This document shows positions 30,771 to 41,020 of a DNA stretch of 64,000 nucleotides, piece after piece (the first letter of the stretch is position 1; the number at the start of each line of letters is the position of its first letter). The notes beneath the pieces are model-generated. The model saw only the letters and a program-made list of their open reading frames with translations, searched no databases and was not told the origin of the DNA. Origin of the DNA: Syntrophales bacterium (GTDB lineage: Bacteria > Desulfobacterota > Syntrophia > Syntrophales > UBA2210); the NCBI GenBank assembly GCA_963662405.2, contig CAXXKT010000001.1:1472001-1536000 (forward strand), given 5' to 3'. Made by a program: the position numbers and the translations under genes.

Positions 30771-33284
30771 TCACGCCGCCCCATGTTCATTACGGGCGAT
30801 GATGCTGTCCTGGACGTCCTTGCCGAGCCTGGTGAAGTAGGCGACATACCCGGCCACCCTCACGGTGAGTTCCTGATGTGCCTCGGGATCACGTTGGGCT
30901 TCACGCATGGTTTCCGACGAGATCAGGTTGAACTGGCAGTGATGGATCTTCAGATCGACGAAGGTCCTGATCATGTGTGCCAGTCTGCGGACACCGACAT
31001 CGTTTCCAAAGACATCCTGGCTGAGCCGCATGTTCAGGGTCTGTCCGAAGAAGATCGAGGCATTATCGATCTTGCCGACGGAATTGAACACGGCGGTGGG
31101 CCCGTTGACATCGACGCTGCGGGTCGGTGAGATCCCATCCGATAACGGTTCATGTGCCTTCCGCCCCGAAGGGAGCGCCCCGACGAGCTTACCGGTCCTC
31201 ACGTACCAGACGAGGGGGTTCTGATAGGGGATGAGGTGCCCCCCGCGGGAATTCGTGTGCTTGATCACCTCATCACAATATGTCTTCATCACCCAGGTGA
31301 CGATCTCGTCGACGTAATCATCGTCGTTCCCGAACTTGGGGACCTTCAGCAGTTCCTGCCGCAAGGATTCATCTCCCTCGAAGTTCTTGTCGAGGGCGTC
31401 GAGGAGTTCGGCCATGGTGATCTTCTGCTCCTCGTACACCAGCTGTTTGATCGCCGCCAGGGAGTCGCCCACATCCGTTGCGCCGGCGGTCGCGATGATG
31501 GGGCCGAAGTTGAACCGGGCGCCCCCTTCTTCGCGCGGTTTGCCGTTCTCGATACAGTCCTCGATCAGGGCGGAGGTGTAGACGGTCGGATACCCGGCCG
31601 CCAGCGCCAGTTCCGAGTTTTTGAGGGCGATCTCGCAGTGACCGGCAAAGTAGGCGAGCTGTTTCAGGTACGCCTCCTGCAGGTCGGCAAATGTGGTGAA
31701 TGTCCGAGGATCCCCGGTCCGTACACCCATGTACCGTCCATGATCACGGCTCCACCCGTCGGCCAGTGCCAACTCCAGCATGTTAGGCAGGAGCAGGAAC
31801 GACCCCACATTGAATTCCGAATCGTAGTTGGTGACGTGGGGTTCGTTGCAGCCGATGGCCCCACTCGTCCGGGCCAGCTCGATCGGAACGGGCGGTCCCC
31901 CCAGGGTCCCCCGCGCCAGGAAGTTCTCGACGAAGACGTCGTTATTGAGAAACATGGGGTGGCCGGTCCCCAGGACACAAAGCTGACAGGTCTTGATCAG
32001 AAAATCATCCGGTGTCTTGCTGTGGACGAGGATCCCGAAATTCGGTTCCAGCATCCGCGTGTGGATCATCCCTTCGACGAAGAGAAAGGACAGCTCGTTG
32101 GTCGCATCACTCCCGTCTTCTTTGAGTCCCCCCACATCCATGTGAGACGCAAGCCCCGCCTGGGGGATGTACGGGGCGATCCCCTGGGTAAAGCGCATAA
32201 GCCAGCAGTCCACCAGTTCCTGCGCCTCCTCACGGGTGATGAGGCCTTCCCGGATGTCTCTTTCGTAGTAGGGATACAGATACTGGTCGACCTTTCCGGG
32301 AGAGATGGCATAAATGATCGGTGTCTCACACCAGTTCAGGATCTGGGTGAACCAGACCGATTGCAGGGCCTCATGGAATGTTCGGGCCGGATGGGCGGGA
32401 ACGCGCTCGCAGATGGCGGCGATTTTCTTCAACTCCGCCTTTCTCCACGGTTCCTTTTCCCGGCGGACCGCCGCACGGGCCGCGTCCGCGAATTTCATGC
32501 CCACCTTTGCCGCCGCGTCCATGGCGATTACCACCCCTTTGAGAAAGGGGACCTTGCGCAGATCTTCCGCGTCCGCCCAGTCGATCCGGGCCAGCCGGTC
32601 TTCCGCGTCCTTCTTGACGCCGAGAAATCCCTTCTTCAGGATCTTTTCATAGCCGAAGGAACTGTGGCCGATATGGTGGCGGGTCATGCCGTCATTGATA
32701 ATCCCGCGGCCCAGGCCGTCCGTTTCGCCCGGGACTTCCTTGACCGCGACACGGGGGAGAGCGGGCACCTTCGACCGTGTGATGATCCCGACCTTGTCCA
32801 GATCAGGGTCGGGATCGCCGTAGAGGAGATCCCGCGTCTCCGGCGGAAGCATGGAGTAATTCCGATAGAACCAGTGGCGCCGCCAGTCGCCTTCGCCTTT
32901 CCAGTAGGGGATGATCTCTTCCTTGACGGTCCTCCGGTCTTCATCGCTCATGTGTTTGTAATGGTCGATCTCGATCTCCAGCCGCGCCCCAAGCTGCTCG
33001 GCGCCGATACAAACGGCCGTCGGAGTTCCCGCAAACCAGCCGAAAAACGGTTCGTCCGGAAAGATCTCTGCGGGCATGGCCTCCACGGCCGCCGCGAATG
33101 CCTTCCCCCGGCGCAGGACCATCGGTTCCCCTTCCGTCGCCTTCATGGATCGGGCGATGGCCAGGTCGTACTCGATCCGGTATTCGGGGTCCGTCCGCTT
33201 GGAATTCTCGACGTAGTATTCACGGAGCCGTTTCATCCGCCCCGTCGGTTGGATCGTCATAACTGTTTCCAGGAGATCGGCCAT
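30771..33284 (-). CDS. Glycyl-radical enzyme (PFL-like family), substrate unknown
   Basis: Cys loop IGCNEP (C479); Gly loop RVAGY (G812); PKFGNDDD. Confidence 0.9.
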   Translation of the reverse strand: MADLLETVMTIQPTGRMKRLREYYVENSKRTDPEYRIEYDLAIARSMKATEGEPMVLRRGKAFAAAVEAMPAEIFPDEPFFGWFAGTPTAVCIGAEQLGARLEIEIDHYKHMSDEDRRTVKEEIIPYWKGEGDWRRHWFYRNYSMLPPETRDLLYGDPDPDLDKVGIITRSKVPALPRVAVKEVPGETDGLGRGIINDGMTRHHIGHSSFGYEKILKKGFLGVKKDAEDRLARIDWADAEDLRKVPFLKGVVIAMDAAAKVGMKFADAARAAVRREKEPWRKAELKKIAAICERVPAHPARTFHEALQSVWFTQILNWCETPIIYAISPGKVDQYLYPYYERDIREGLITREEAQELVDCWLMRFTQGIAPYIPQAGLASHMDVGGLKEDGSDATNELSFLFVEGMIHTRMLEPNFGILVHSKTPDDFLIKTCQLCVLGTGHPMFLNNDVFVENFLARGTLGGPPVPIELARTSGAIGCNEPHVTNYDSEFNVGSFLLLPNMLELALADGWSRDHGRYMGVRTGDPRTFTTFADLQEAYLKQLAYFAGHCEIALKNSELALAAGYPTVYTSALIEDCIENGKPREEGGARFNFGPIIATAGATDVGDSLAAIKQLVYEEQKITMAELLDALDKNFEGDESLRQELLKVPKFGNDDDYVDEIVTWVMKTYCDEVIKHTNSRGGHLIPYQNPLVWYVRTGKLVGALPSGRKAHEPLSDGISPTRSVDVNGPTAVFNSVGKIDNASIFFGQTLNMRLSQDVFGNDVGVRRLAHMIRTFVDLKIHHCQFNLISSETMREAQRDPEAHQELTVRVAGYVAYFTRLGKDVQDSIIARNEHGAA

Positions 33285-33295
33285 TTGTAAATCTC

Positions 33296-33679
33296 CTATT
33301 CAGACAAGATATCTTTGAATGTGGCGGGGTCCGTCGCGTACAGGACGGCATGTTCCACGCCGTCTTCCCGGTTTTCGTGGACTTTTATGTAACCGGGGTC
33401 GTTGGCCATCGTCAAGAAGGCCTTCCGTGACGGATATTGAACAAGCATGAGGATGTCCCACTCCCCCGTTCCCTGAAGTATCTCCTTCGGTTTCCCGAAA
33501 TATATCACCTTGGCGCCGACTCCTTCGACATAGGGGCCCGATTCCTTGATATAGCGAAAATAGGCCTCGCGACCGCCCTCCTTTTTAAACTTCAAGAGGT
33601 TCAGCATGACAAAGGGCTCCTGGTTGGAATTATGGGCAAGCGCCTTGAATTGATCATCGTTGCTTTTCAAAGCCATCAT
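33296..33679 (-). CDS. DUF1330-like dimeric alpha/beta barrel protein
   Basis: VMLNLLKFK...GREAY...WD..MLVQYPSRKAF pattern. Confidence 0.7.
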   Translation of the reverse strand: MMALKSNDDQFKALAHNSNQEPFVMLNLLKFKKEGGREAYFRYIKESGPYVEGVGAKVIYFGKPKEILQGTGEWDILMLVQYPSRKAFLTMANDPGYIKVHENREDGVEHAVLYATDPATFKDILSE

Positions 33680-33820
33680 TTTTCTCCTTTAGTGTTTTTT
33701 GTAGACAGGGTGCACCTTCCAACCCGATAGAAAAGACCCACCCTGTTGGTGTAAGCAATGACGTATCCTCGTTTCCATGTATTGAACGTCGAGACAATAC
33801 AGTCCCTCATCACGGCACAT

Positions 33821-34339
33821 TTACTCTTCCAGGGTTGCACGGAGCCGGCAGCATCTGTCGCCTTTCGGGAGTAATTTCGACCAGCCGTCTGTTTTATATT
33901 TCGGATTCAAAGACGTCAGCATGCCTCTGTATGATTCCGCAACAAGGAGTTCGCAATAATCCGGCTCCAAGGATATGGGTTTTACAATCGGACAGGTTGT
34001 GATTTCTTTTTCAAAGGCCTTCGGTGTGTGCTCTATGTACCCATCCCAGAAATTGGCATAGCGATCGTCGACATGGTCTTGGATCGTGGCTAACGGCAAA
34101 CAGTCGGTACAATCTTCCCGCTTGATTCCGGTTTCGCGCAGCCACCTGTCCGTGGCTTTCTGGCCAATCTTAAAAAACTCCTGCTTCATACGCTCGACAA
34201 ATTTCTCTCCGCCGAACTCTTTGCCGACCTTGTACATGAGAACCACCTGCCAGGCGAGGGTGTCCGTCCAGTTCTTGTAACGCTGACACATCTCCACGTC
34301 GCTGACCGGGTACTTTTCATAATCGGGTGTTTCCTTCAC
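33821..34339 (-). CDS. ATC-hydrolase-like/V4R-like small Cys-containing protein
   Basis: ITTCP, YC and PKGDRCC pattern; GTG with RBS. Confidence 0.55.
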   Translation of the reverse strand: MKETPDYEKYPVSDVEMCQRYKNWTDTLAWQVVLMYKVGKEFGGEKFVERMKQEFFKIGQKATDRWLRETGIKREDCTDCLPLATIQDHVDDRYANFWDGYIEHTPKAFEKEITTCPIVKPISLEPDYCELLVAESYRGMLTSLNPKYKTDGWSKLLPKGDRCCRLRATLEE

Positions 34340-34410
34340 GATATACTCCCCCTGAAAAACGGAATAAACTCATTTGAACAGAGCCGCGATAATCTCCCCT
34401 GGTTCCGACC

Positions 34411-35277
34411 CTACCGTGCCTTAAAAAAATTGTTCATGAACGTTGCGACCTCGCGGGGTTTTTCTTCCTGGATAAAGTGTCCCGCCTGGAGGGTCTCGAT
34501 CTGAATCGAGTCGAAACAGTCTTCGAGGTGATTCAGATTCTCTCTGACGATGACGATCTCTTCCTCGCCGTAGATGTACAGGGCCGGCATGTGAAACTTC
34601 TTCCCGGCAAGAGACTTCCAGTGCTTGGCGTCAAGGCGCGCGGAGCGATACAGGAAGGCTGCCGTGGCCGGCGTGTTCTCAATGCTGTAACAGCGGATAT
34701 ATTCTTCGATGGCATGGCGCGGGATGGTGCCGTCTTGACCCTTTTTGCCGAAGAAGTAGGAGACCCAGACATCTTCATTCCCCTTGATCATGGCCTCGGC
34801 GAGCCCCGGCTGTTGCTGAAAATACTGATACCAAAAAGGCAGATATCTCCTGGCGATCAGGGTCTGCATGGCCTCCTGTTCTCCCTTGGTGTTGGTGACG
34901 ACGGGGATGTTCATGAGGACCAGTTTCTTCACCCGGTTCGGGATGAGCAAAGTCAGTTCCTGCGCCACGATGCCGCCCCAGTCGTGGCCGACCAGAAAGA
35001 ACTCATCGATACCGAGGGCGTCGATGACCTCGATCATATCCTTGGCCAGTTCCAGTTTCTGATAGGCCTTCATGTCCATCGTGCGTTCGCTGTCGCCGAG
35101 ACCGCGCAGGTCCGGGGCGATGATCCGGAGAGACGGATCGAGAAATTCCGCCACGCCCTCCCAGCAGTAAGAACTCTCCGGCCATCCGTGCACCATGACT
35201 AAAGGGAATCCGCCCTCGTTTCCCCGATCTCGAACATTAAATACCCCCCGCGCGACAGTGATCTTACTTGTATTCAT
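34411..35277 (-). CDS. Alpha/beta hydrolase, epoxide hydrolase/dehalogenase family
   Basis: HGWP oxyanion motif; PDLRGLGDS; nucleophile GHDWG; AGHF. Confidence 0.87.
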   Translation of the reverse strand: MNTSKITVARGVFNVRDRGNEGGFPLVMVHGWPESSYCWEGVAEFLDPSLRIIAPDLRGLGDSERTMDMKAYQKLELAKDMIEVIDALGIDEFFLVGHDWGGIVAQELTLLIPNRVKKLVLMNIPVVTNTKGEQEAMQTLIARRYLPFWYQYFQQQPGLAEAMIKGNEDVWVSYFFGKKGQDGTIPRHAIEEYIRCYSIENTPATAAFLYRSARLDAKHWKSLAGKKFHMPALYIYGEEEIVIVRENLNHLEDCFDSIQIETLQAGHFIQEEKPREVATFMNNFFKAR

Positions 35278-35349
35278 GTACTCGCTACTCCTTTCGTTTC
35301 ATATGTATGGATTATTTGAAAGTCAATCTTTTACCTATTCGTCTTCGCA

Positions 35350-36894
35350 CTACATTGTATATTCGGTCCTGGCAATAATGCCGTCCTGTAGAGGCTTGAG
35401 AAGCCGTGTGTAATAGGCGCTGTATCCTGCCACCTTGACCACGAGGTCTTGGTATTGAGCGGGATTCTTTTGGGCCGCCCGCAGTGTCTCCCCGCTGACC
35501 ATGTTGAACTGAACATGGAAAATCCCCTGATCCGCGAAGGAGCGGATAAAGTGAGTGAATCGCCTTATTCCGTCTTTCAACGTGAAGAAACTCGGGTCGA
35601 ACCTCAGATTCAGCGTTACCCCGCCTGTCAGCTCCGCGTTGTCGATCTTTCCCATGCTCGCCAGGACCGCCGCGGGCCCTTTTGTGTCGCACCCGGCAGA
35701 GGGCGACCATGCATCCGAGAGGGGTTGCCACGCTTTTCGTCCGGATGGCAGGGCCCCGACTACCCATCCCCCGAACATTTCGTACTGGAGGGGAGCGCCG
35801 AGAGGAATGGAAAATCCGCCTCTGGTATTCGGCTGTTTCCCCATCTCTTCAGCAAAGGCATGACTGACCCACGCTGCCTCTTCAGTCGTGAGATCGCCTG
35901 AATCAATGTCATTCCGGTAATATTGATAGAGGTATTGGTCGATTCTCCCGGGTGTCTGGGACATGCGGCGCGGCGATTCCCAGTAGAGGAGGACCTGCAG
36001 CAGGAAAATCGATTGCAGTGCCTCGTGCAAACTCCTCGCCGGTTCCACGGGGACGCGTTCGCAAATCTGCGCCATCTTGAGGAGCTCCGCTCTTCTCTTG
36101 TTGTCTTTCTCTGATGCGGCGATTTTCCTCGCCTCTGCCGCAAATCTCCCCCCCACTTCCCTGGCCGCCTCCAAGGCCAGCAGCACACTTTCTAAAAACC
36201 GTCTCTTCTTGGTGCTGCCTGGGGGCAGAGAACCAAGTTTCTCCTGTGCTTCCCGGGCTATCCCGCTGAGTCCCTTTTTCAATACCTTTTCGTAGTTGGC
36301 GGAATTATGCCCGTAGTGGCCTCCCTTGATAAACGGGGTGTAGATTAATGAGCGCTTTGAGGGGAACGCCGTGTCATCGATAAGGAGGAGTTCTTTTAAG
36401 CGGGCGGGAAGGACTTTCAGGTTGCTGCCGATCTGGGTCCGCGCCCAGTCGCCGTCCCCTCTCCAGTAGGGAGCGATTTCTTCTTTCAACTCTCTTTGTT
36501 CGTCGGGATCAAGGTCTTCGATGGCATAACTGACTTGTTCTTTAACCGGTGTCACTTTTTTGCCTGCCAGGAGAACCGGTATGTCGTCGGGGATGACGTC
36601 TTCGTAGAGAGGTCGTATGCCGGCATGGCCCACAATCAGTTCGTCCGGTAAAATCACTGGAGGCGTTTCCCGACACACGGCGGCGAAGACTTGTGCCCGG
36701 CGCATGACCATGGGCTCATCCTCGGTCTCCTTCATCACGCGCGTCTCAATCCGCAATCGGTTAATGGAAGCGGCATCATGGGTAAGTTTGAAATGGTGTT
36801 CCCGTAATCTCGCCACGCGTATTCGCATTGGTGTCGTTGAAACATCCGTCGAGATTGGACGCTGTATATCGACGTCGTCTTGAATCGTTTCCAT
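35350..36894 (-). CDS. Second glycyl-radical-enzyme homolog with a large in-frame internal deletion (no Cys loop); possible pseudogene
   Basis: GRE N-terminal half and Gly loop KVAGY present; only 514 aa; TEEA joined directly to AWVSHAF. Confidence 0.8.
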   Translation of the reverse strand: METIQDDVDIQRPISTDVSTTPMRIRVARLREHHFKLTHDAASINRLRIETRVMKETEDEPMVMRRAQVFAAVCRETPPVILPDELIVGHAGIRPLYEDVIPDDIPVLLAGKKVTPVKEQVSYAIEDLDPDEQRELKEEIAPYWRGDGDWARTQIGSNLKVLPARLKELLLIDDTAFPSKRSLIYTPFIKGGHYGHNSANYEKVLKKGLSGIAREAQEKLGSLPPGSTKKRRFLESVLLALEAAREVGGRFAAEARKIAASEKDNKRRAELLKMAQICERVPVEPARSLHEALQSIFLLQVLLYWESPRRMSQTPGRIDQYLYQYYRNDIDSGDLTTEEAAWVSHAFAEEMGKQPNTRGGFSIPLGAPLQYEMFGGWVVGALPSGRKAWQPLSDAWSPSAGCDTKGPAAVLASMGKIDNAELTGGVTLNLRFDPSFFTLKDGIRRFTHFIRSFADQGIFHVQFNMVSGETLRAAQKNPAQYQDLVVKVAGYSAYYTRLLKPLQDGIIARTEYTM

Positions 36895-36954
36895 ACAACC
36901 TCCTTTCTATCCCAACGGCACCCTCCGGATCGTGTGATACCATAAAGGCACAAA

Positions 36955-37872
36955 TTACCCACCGATCTCTACAGTGATGCCGGCCGACCGGGCCACGTCC
37001 CGCAACGTCGCCATGTGCGCCTCCGTCGGTGCTTGAATGGATGCAACCGGGCATTCCCGTTCCAACTCATCGTAATGGTGAACGCCGTAAAGATGGTACG
37101 GCAGCAGTTCCATCCGGAGGATATTATTGCCAAGTTCACCGGCAAACTGTGCGCTCCTCCGAATATTTTCCTCGGAATCATTGAATCCGGGAACCACGGG
37201 AATACGCAGAATCACCTGATTGTGTCGGGCGATCTTCCGGATGTTGCCCAGAATCCCTCGATTGGACACCCCCGTCCACTCGGTGTGGAGTCTCTCATCC
37301 ATGTGTTTGAGATCGATATAAACGAGATCGAGCAAATCCGCCAGCGGCGCCAGTCGTTTCCAAGAGGTAAAGGCGCATGTTTCCATGGCCGTATGAAAAA
37401 AATGGGACCGGCACAGAGCCAGGAATTCGCCTACAAATTCCGCCTGCATGGTCGGTTCTCCACCGCCCACGGTCACCCCGCCCCCGCTGCGACGGTAGAA
37501 GGAAGCATCCTTTTCAACCTCCCGGAACAGTTCTTCCGGTGAGTAATGCCGGCCCGACAGCTCGCGGGCCTGGTTGACACAGGTATCGAGGCACTCGCCG
37601 CACCCGGTGCAGAGTGCCCGATCCGTTTGGACCGGTGAGGGGTCTGTCCCCCTCGATATGGCCGTGTGGGGGCAGACCTCAATGCACCGCCCGCACCCTT
37701 GGCACCTGCTGCTGATGTAGAGAAGTTCGGTATGAGTATTCTGGGTGTATGGAGAAGAGCACCAGAGACATCGCAAGGGACATCCCTTCGTGAGAATAAG
37801 TGTCCGGATACCTGGACCGTCGTGAAGGGAAAATCTTTCTATTTTATGAATCAGACCCCTCTGAACATGCAT
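36955..37872 (-). CDS. Glycyl-radical enzyme activase (radical SAM with 2x[4Fe-4S] ferredoxin insert)
   Basis: HDGPGIRT; GCPLRCLWC; two CxxCxxCxxxC; GGEP; start moved to ATG 37872 because the sigma54 site overlaps the track start. Confidence 0.93.
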   Translation of the reverse strand: MHVQRGLIHKIERFSLHDGPGIRTLILTKGCPLRCLWCSSPYTQNTHTELLYISSRCQGCGRCIEVCPHTAISRGTDPSPVQTDRALCTGCGECLDTCVNQARELSGRHYSPEELFREVEKDASFYRRSGGGVTVGGGEPTMQAEFVGEFLALCRSHFFHTAMETCAFTSWKRLAPLADLLDLVYIDLKHMDERLHTEWTGVSNRGILGNIRKIARHNQVILRIPVVPGFNDSEENIRRSAQFAGELGNNILRMELLPYHLYGVHHYDELERECPVASIQAPTEAHMATLRDVARSAGITVEIGG

Positions 37873-37897
37873 GGCTTCATTCTCCAAAGATGATGGC

Positions 37898-37914
37898 AGC
37901 AATTTGTGTACCAA
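37898..37914 (-). promoter_or_regulatory. sigma54 promoter of the GRE operon
   Basis: TTGGTACACAAATTGCT (GG-N10-GC) just upstream of RBS GGAG and ATG 37872. Confidence 0.75.
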
Positions 37915-38025
37915 TCAAGAACAGGCGCCTGTAGCTTATGATCACAATATTGTAACTGCTTATCAAAGAACACCATGGACAGTGATGGTGACAGCGTATC
38001 ATTTTTGTTTCGATACGCGGCCATG

Positions 38026-38042
38026 TGAGTCAAAAGTGAGAA
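38026..38042. promoter_or_regulatory. Putative enhancer (UAS) site
   Basis: TGAGTCAAAAGTGAGAA, 15/17 identical to 41638-41654, at a near-identical distance from its sigma54 site. Confidence 0.55.
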
Positions 38043-38115
38043 TAAGGTCTGACGGGGGCACACAACAACCTTCCGGAAGCGGGTTGATTTCGTCGAACAG
38101 TCTGAGATAGGGCTG

Positions 38116-38149
38116 AAAAAAGCCGGGAGGTCATCCCCCCCGGCTTTTT
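38116..38149. terminator. Bidirectional intrinsic terminator
   Basis: AAAAAAGCCGGG...CCCGGCTTTTT just past the stop codon of the 38162-39277 gene. Confidence 0.8.
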
Positions 38150-38161
38150 ATGGCGCCTATT

Positions 38162-39277
38162 TTAGGCAAGAATTCTCTTTGACATATTTGCCAGTGTCTC
38201 TTCCGCCTCTTTCATGATGGTCTGGACCAGGTCTTCGACCTTCGGCATGCTGGTGATGCGTTGGGCAATCTCGCCGCCGGCCATCATGGCCTTTTCCTTG
38301 TTTCCCTCGTATACGGCATCAATTGACTCGTCCTCGTAGTCAATCAGCGACCTGTCTTCCATGTCCATATAGCTGTCGGGTGTGCCGAGGAACACGCCGG
38401 GTGACTTTTTCAAGGTGTTGAGCGCGTGCTCTTCACTGCGGGCGTTTCTCAACCACCGGGCCGGACCGACATACCCGCGGGCAACCAGGGTGCCCCGATC
38501 CTGGGCGTCCACAACGGCCTGTTTCCAGAGAGGGGGAAAATCGCTCTCCTCCGTCGCGAGGAAACGGGTTCCCATCAGTGCCCCGTCACAACCCAGGGTC
38601 AGCGTAGCCGCCAGACTCCTCCCGTCACCGACTCCTCCTCCACCGACCACGAGGGTGTTTTCATCGGATACGGCATCGACCACGGCGGGGAACAGTACCA
38701 TGGAGTGGAGCGGTTCCCAGTGCGTATGGAAGCCCCCTTCATGACCCGAGGCGACGATGACGTCAACGCCCGCCTTCTTGCAGCGCTGGGCGGCCCTGAC
38801 GGAGGGGATGATATGGACCCAAACGAACCCGGCCCCCTTGATTATGTCTCCCCATCCCATGGGATCACCGGCGGAGGTATACATAACCTTGAGGGTATCT
38901 TTCATCTCGGGATTTTCTTCCCGCGCCTTAATGGCCGTCTCGATCATGATTTTCGAGTATTCTTTGAGTTCAGCGGATACCATCACGTTCGGGCCGAAGA
39001 CACCACCCTTGTCCTTGACCAGACGGTGGGTACGCTTCAGGACCGTATCCAGGACCGTGGCCATATCATCGTCACGGTTGGCCTCGCCGGTGTCGCAAAA
39101 TGCGTTATAAACCATGGGCTGAGTCTCTTTGTTGAAGAGACCGCTGGTGGAAAGCAGCCCGAGGCATCCTGCATTGGCTGCGGCAACACAGAGGTTGTTG
39201 TTGGAAAAGGGGCCCATCCCCGCCTGCATAATGGGATACTTGATCCCGATCAGGTCACACAATCTTGATTTGATCAT
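38162..39277 (-). CDS. Nitronate monooxygenase/FabK-like FMN oxidoreductase
   Basis: YPIMQAGMG, GHEGGFH, GGGVGDG and MGTRF motifs. Confidence 0.85.
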   Translation of the reverse strand: MIKSRLCDLIGIKYPIMQAGMGPFSNNNLCVAAANAGCLGLLSTSGLFNKETQPMVYNAFCDTGEANRDDDMATVLDTVLKRTHRLVKDKGGVFGPNVMVSAELKEYSKIMIETAIKAREENPEMKDTLKVMYTSAGDPMGWGDIIKGAGFVWVHIIPSVRAAQRCKKAGVDVIVASGHEGGFHTHWEPLHSMVLFPAVVDAVSDENTLVVGGGGVGDGRSLAATLTLGCDGALMGTRFLATEESDFPPLWKQAVVDAQDRGTLVARGYVGPARWLRNARSEEHALNTLKKSPGVFLGTPDSYMDMEDRSLIDYEDESIDAVYEGNKEKAMMAGGEIAQRITSMPKVEDLVQTIMKEAEETLANMSKRILA

Positions 39278-39304
39278 TACACATCTCCTTTTATTTTTTG
39301 TTTC

Positions 39305-41020
39305 CTATTCATTCATCTCATATTCGCCGTTGAGCGGCTTCACATATTGTGTCCAGACCCGGTTATACTGAGCGTCGTCTCCCTGTGGTTTGATCAGCAT
39401 TATTTCTTTGCAATAGGTGCGCTGTTCGTCTTTCGTGTTGTCCATGGCATATATCTGCAGGGCGAATCGGGAAAAATCACGCACCATAAAATCAAAGATC
39501 TGATTGATGATATCACTATCCATGTCACCCAATTCGCACTGCTCAAGAATCAGCTGACCGTAGACCACCACCGAAAACATCTCGCCCAATGGAAGCGAAA
39601 AGGACGAATCCATATCCTGGTTTTTGTCCGGGCCGGCCTTTTCCAGCAGTTCTTTAAAAATTTCAATTTGTTTCATAAAGATGCCGACGTTGGGAAGATG
39701 GGCAAACGCCTCGAAGATCGGCTTGTAATCGTGGAACTGCACGCTCCCCAGCCCCTTGGTCGGCCCCTGGTTGAAAACGAACAAATCATCTTTCGGGGAT
39801 AATTCGGGCAGGATCTTTTCATACGATTTCGGGCTGAAAAAATAATTTTTCATGAATTTACGGATCAACTGAACGTTCACATGAACCGTTCCCTCCAGTT
39901 TGGAAGGACCCCGGATTTCGCTGGTAGCGGTGAAGAAATAGGTGTCTTTTTCAAAACCTCTTGCGGCAATAACATCCCACAGCAAGGCCATCACTTCTTC
40001 GGACTGAAGGGTTACTTTCATCTTACTGGTCGGATTGTAAAGCATGTACCGCCGGTCGTCTGGCGAAGCGTTACGGAAATAATCCGTCGCTCGCCTTTGG
40101 TACAGCTTCATTCCTATCAGTCTCAGCCAGGCCTCCATGAAATTGCGGCGCACATGCGGCATCTCAGTCACAGGCTTCCCGTAAAGGATGCGATTGCTGG
40201 CATGGGTGATTGCTTCATAAAAGCTATGCTCATTCATGGCGATTGAGCAGGGGGCAATATTGAATTTGCCGATGTTGACGGTGTTAAGCGAGCAATCCCA
40301 GGCATGGGGTCCCCGGGAAAGAATATCCTCTTCGGCGATCGGATAATCATGCAGGGCAAAATTTGAGACGTACTGCTGATGGGAGATAACGTTCTTTTTC
40401 AGTTCATAGGCTTTATTCAGATAATTAGTCACGAAGAATACATAGTCGTCCGTGCCGTCCTTCACTTTGCCGAAGGTGGAAACCATCTCCGCTTCGTTGC
40501 CGTTGCCGATATAGTATTTCTCTCCGTTGGCCACCCAGGTGCCGTCGTCTTGAGGTGTTAATGTCGTCTCGGTCGAATAGATATCAGCACCATGGTCACG
40601 TTCGGAGAGGCCGAATGCGAAGATAGCGCCTTTCTTGAGCAACGCGGCGGCCTTCTCCTTGGCTGTTTCATTGGTGCTCATCCAGATCGGCCCCAGCCCC
40701 AGGATACTGACCTGAAAGCAGTACCAGTAGCCGGATCCGTAAAAGGCCAAAAGTTCGCTGTATTCGTTATTACGGGCCGTATCCCAGCGGCAGTCCGGAT
40801 CACCGCCACCGTAGCGGCTTGGAGTCAGGAGTTTGGCGAAAATCTGCTCACGGCCGACAAAATCAACGAAATTTTTGTACCAGACCTTCTTATGAAAATC
40901 ATCGGTGAGCTTGGTTTTCCCAAGGCCTTCAAAGAAGGCGATGGTTTTTCCCATGATATCTTTTGATCCCGCATCGGCCATGAGACTCTGATACTTGTTG
41001 GGCTGCAACAGATAATTCAT
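39305..41020 (-). CDS. Acyl-CoA dehydrogenase family protein (long form)
   Basis: AFGLSERDHGAD, NGEKYYIGN and KLEGTVHVN motifs. Confidence 0.87.
   Translation of the reverse strand: MNYLLQPNKYQSLMADAGSKDIMGKTIAFFEGLGKTKLTDDFHKKVWYKNFVDFVGREQIFAKLLTPSRYGGGDPDCRWDTARNNEYSELLAFYGSGYWYCFQVSILGLGPIWMSTNETAKEKAAALLKKGAIFAFGLSERDHGADIYSTETTLTPQDDGTWVANGEKYYIGNGNEAEMVSTFGKVKDGTDDYVFFVTNYLNKAYELKKNVISHQQYVSNFALHDYPIAEEDILSRGPHAWDCSLNTVNIGKFNIAPCSIAMNEHSFYEAITHASNRILYGKPVTEMPHVRRNFMEAWLRLIGMKLYQRRATDYFRNASPDDRRYMLYNPTSKMKVTLQSEEVMALLWDVIAARGFEKDTYFFTATSEIRGPSKLEGTVHVNVQLIRKFMKNYFFSPKSYEKILPELSPKDDLFVFNQGPTKGLGSVQFHDYKPIFEAFAHLPNVGIFMKQIEIFKELLEKAGPDKNQDMDSSFSLPLGEMFSVVVYGQLILEQCELGDMDSDIINQIFDFMVRDFSRFALQIYAMDNTKDEQRTYCKEIMLIKPQGDDAQYNRVWTQYVKPLNGEYEMNE

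Noticed and set aside
30771..33284. Calling GRE1 pyruvate formate-lyase or a fumarate-adding enzyme
   Set aside because: Single Cys (no CC motif), the activase has a ferredoxin insert, and no small bss/ass-type subunits are seen
31152..33290. 712-aa plus-strand ORF, and similar long antisense ORFs (51275-53212, 49508-51064, 56338-57648, 2724-3914)
   Set aside because: Antisense shadows of GC-rich genes with clear motifs on the other strand; no recognisable domains
37873..37914. Track N-terminal extension of the GRE activase
   Set aside because: Overlaps the sigma54 promoter; ATG 37872 has an RBS
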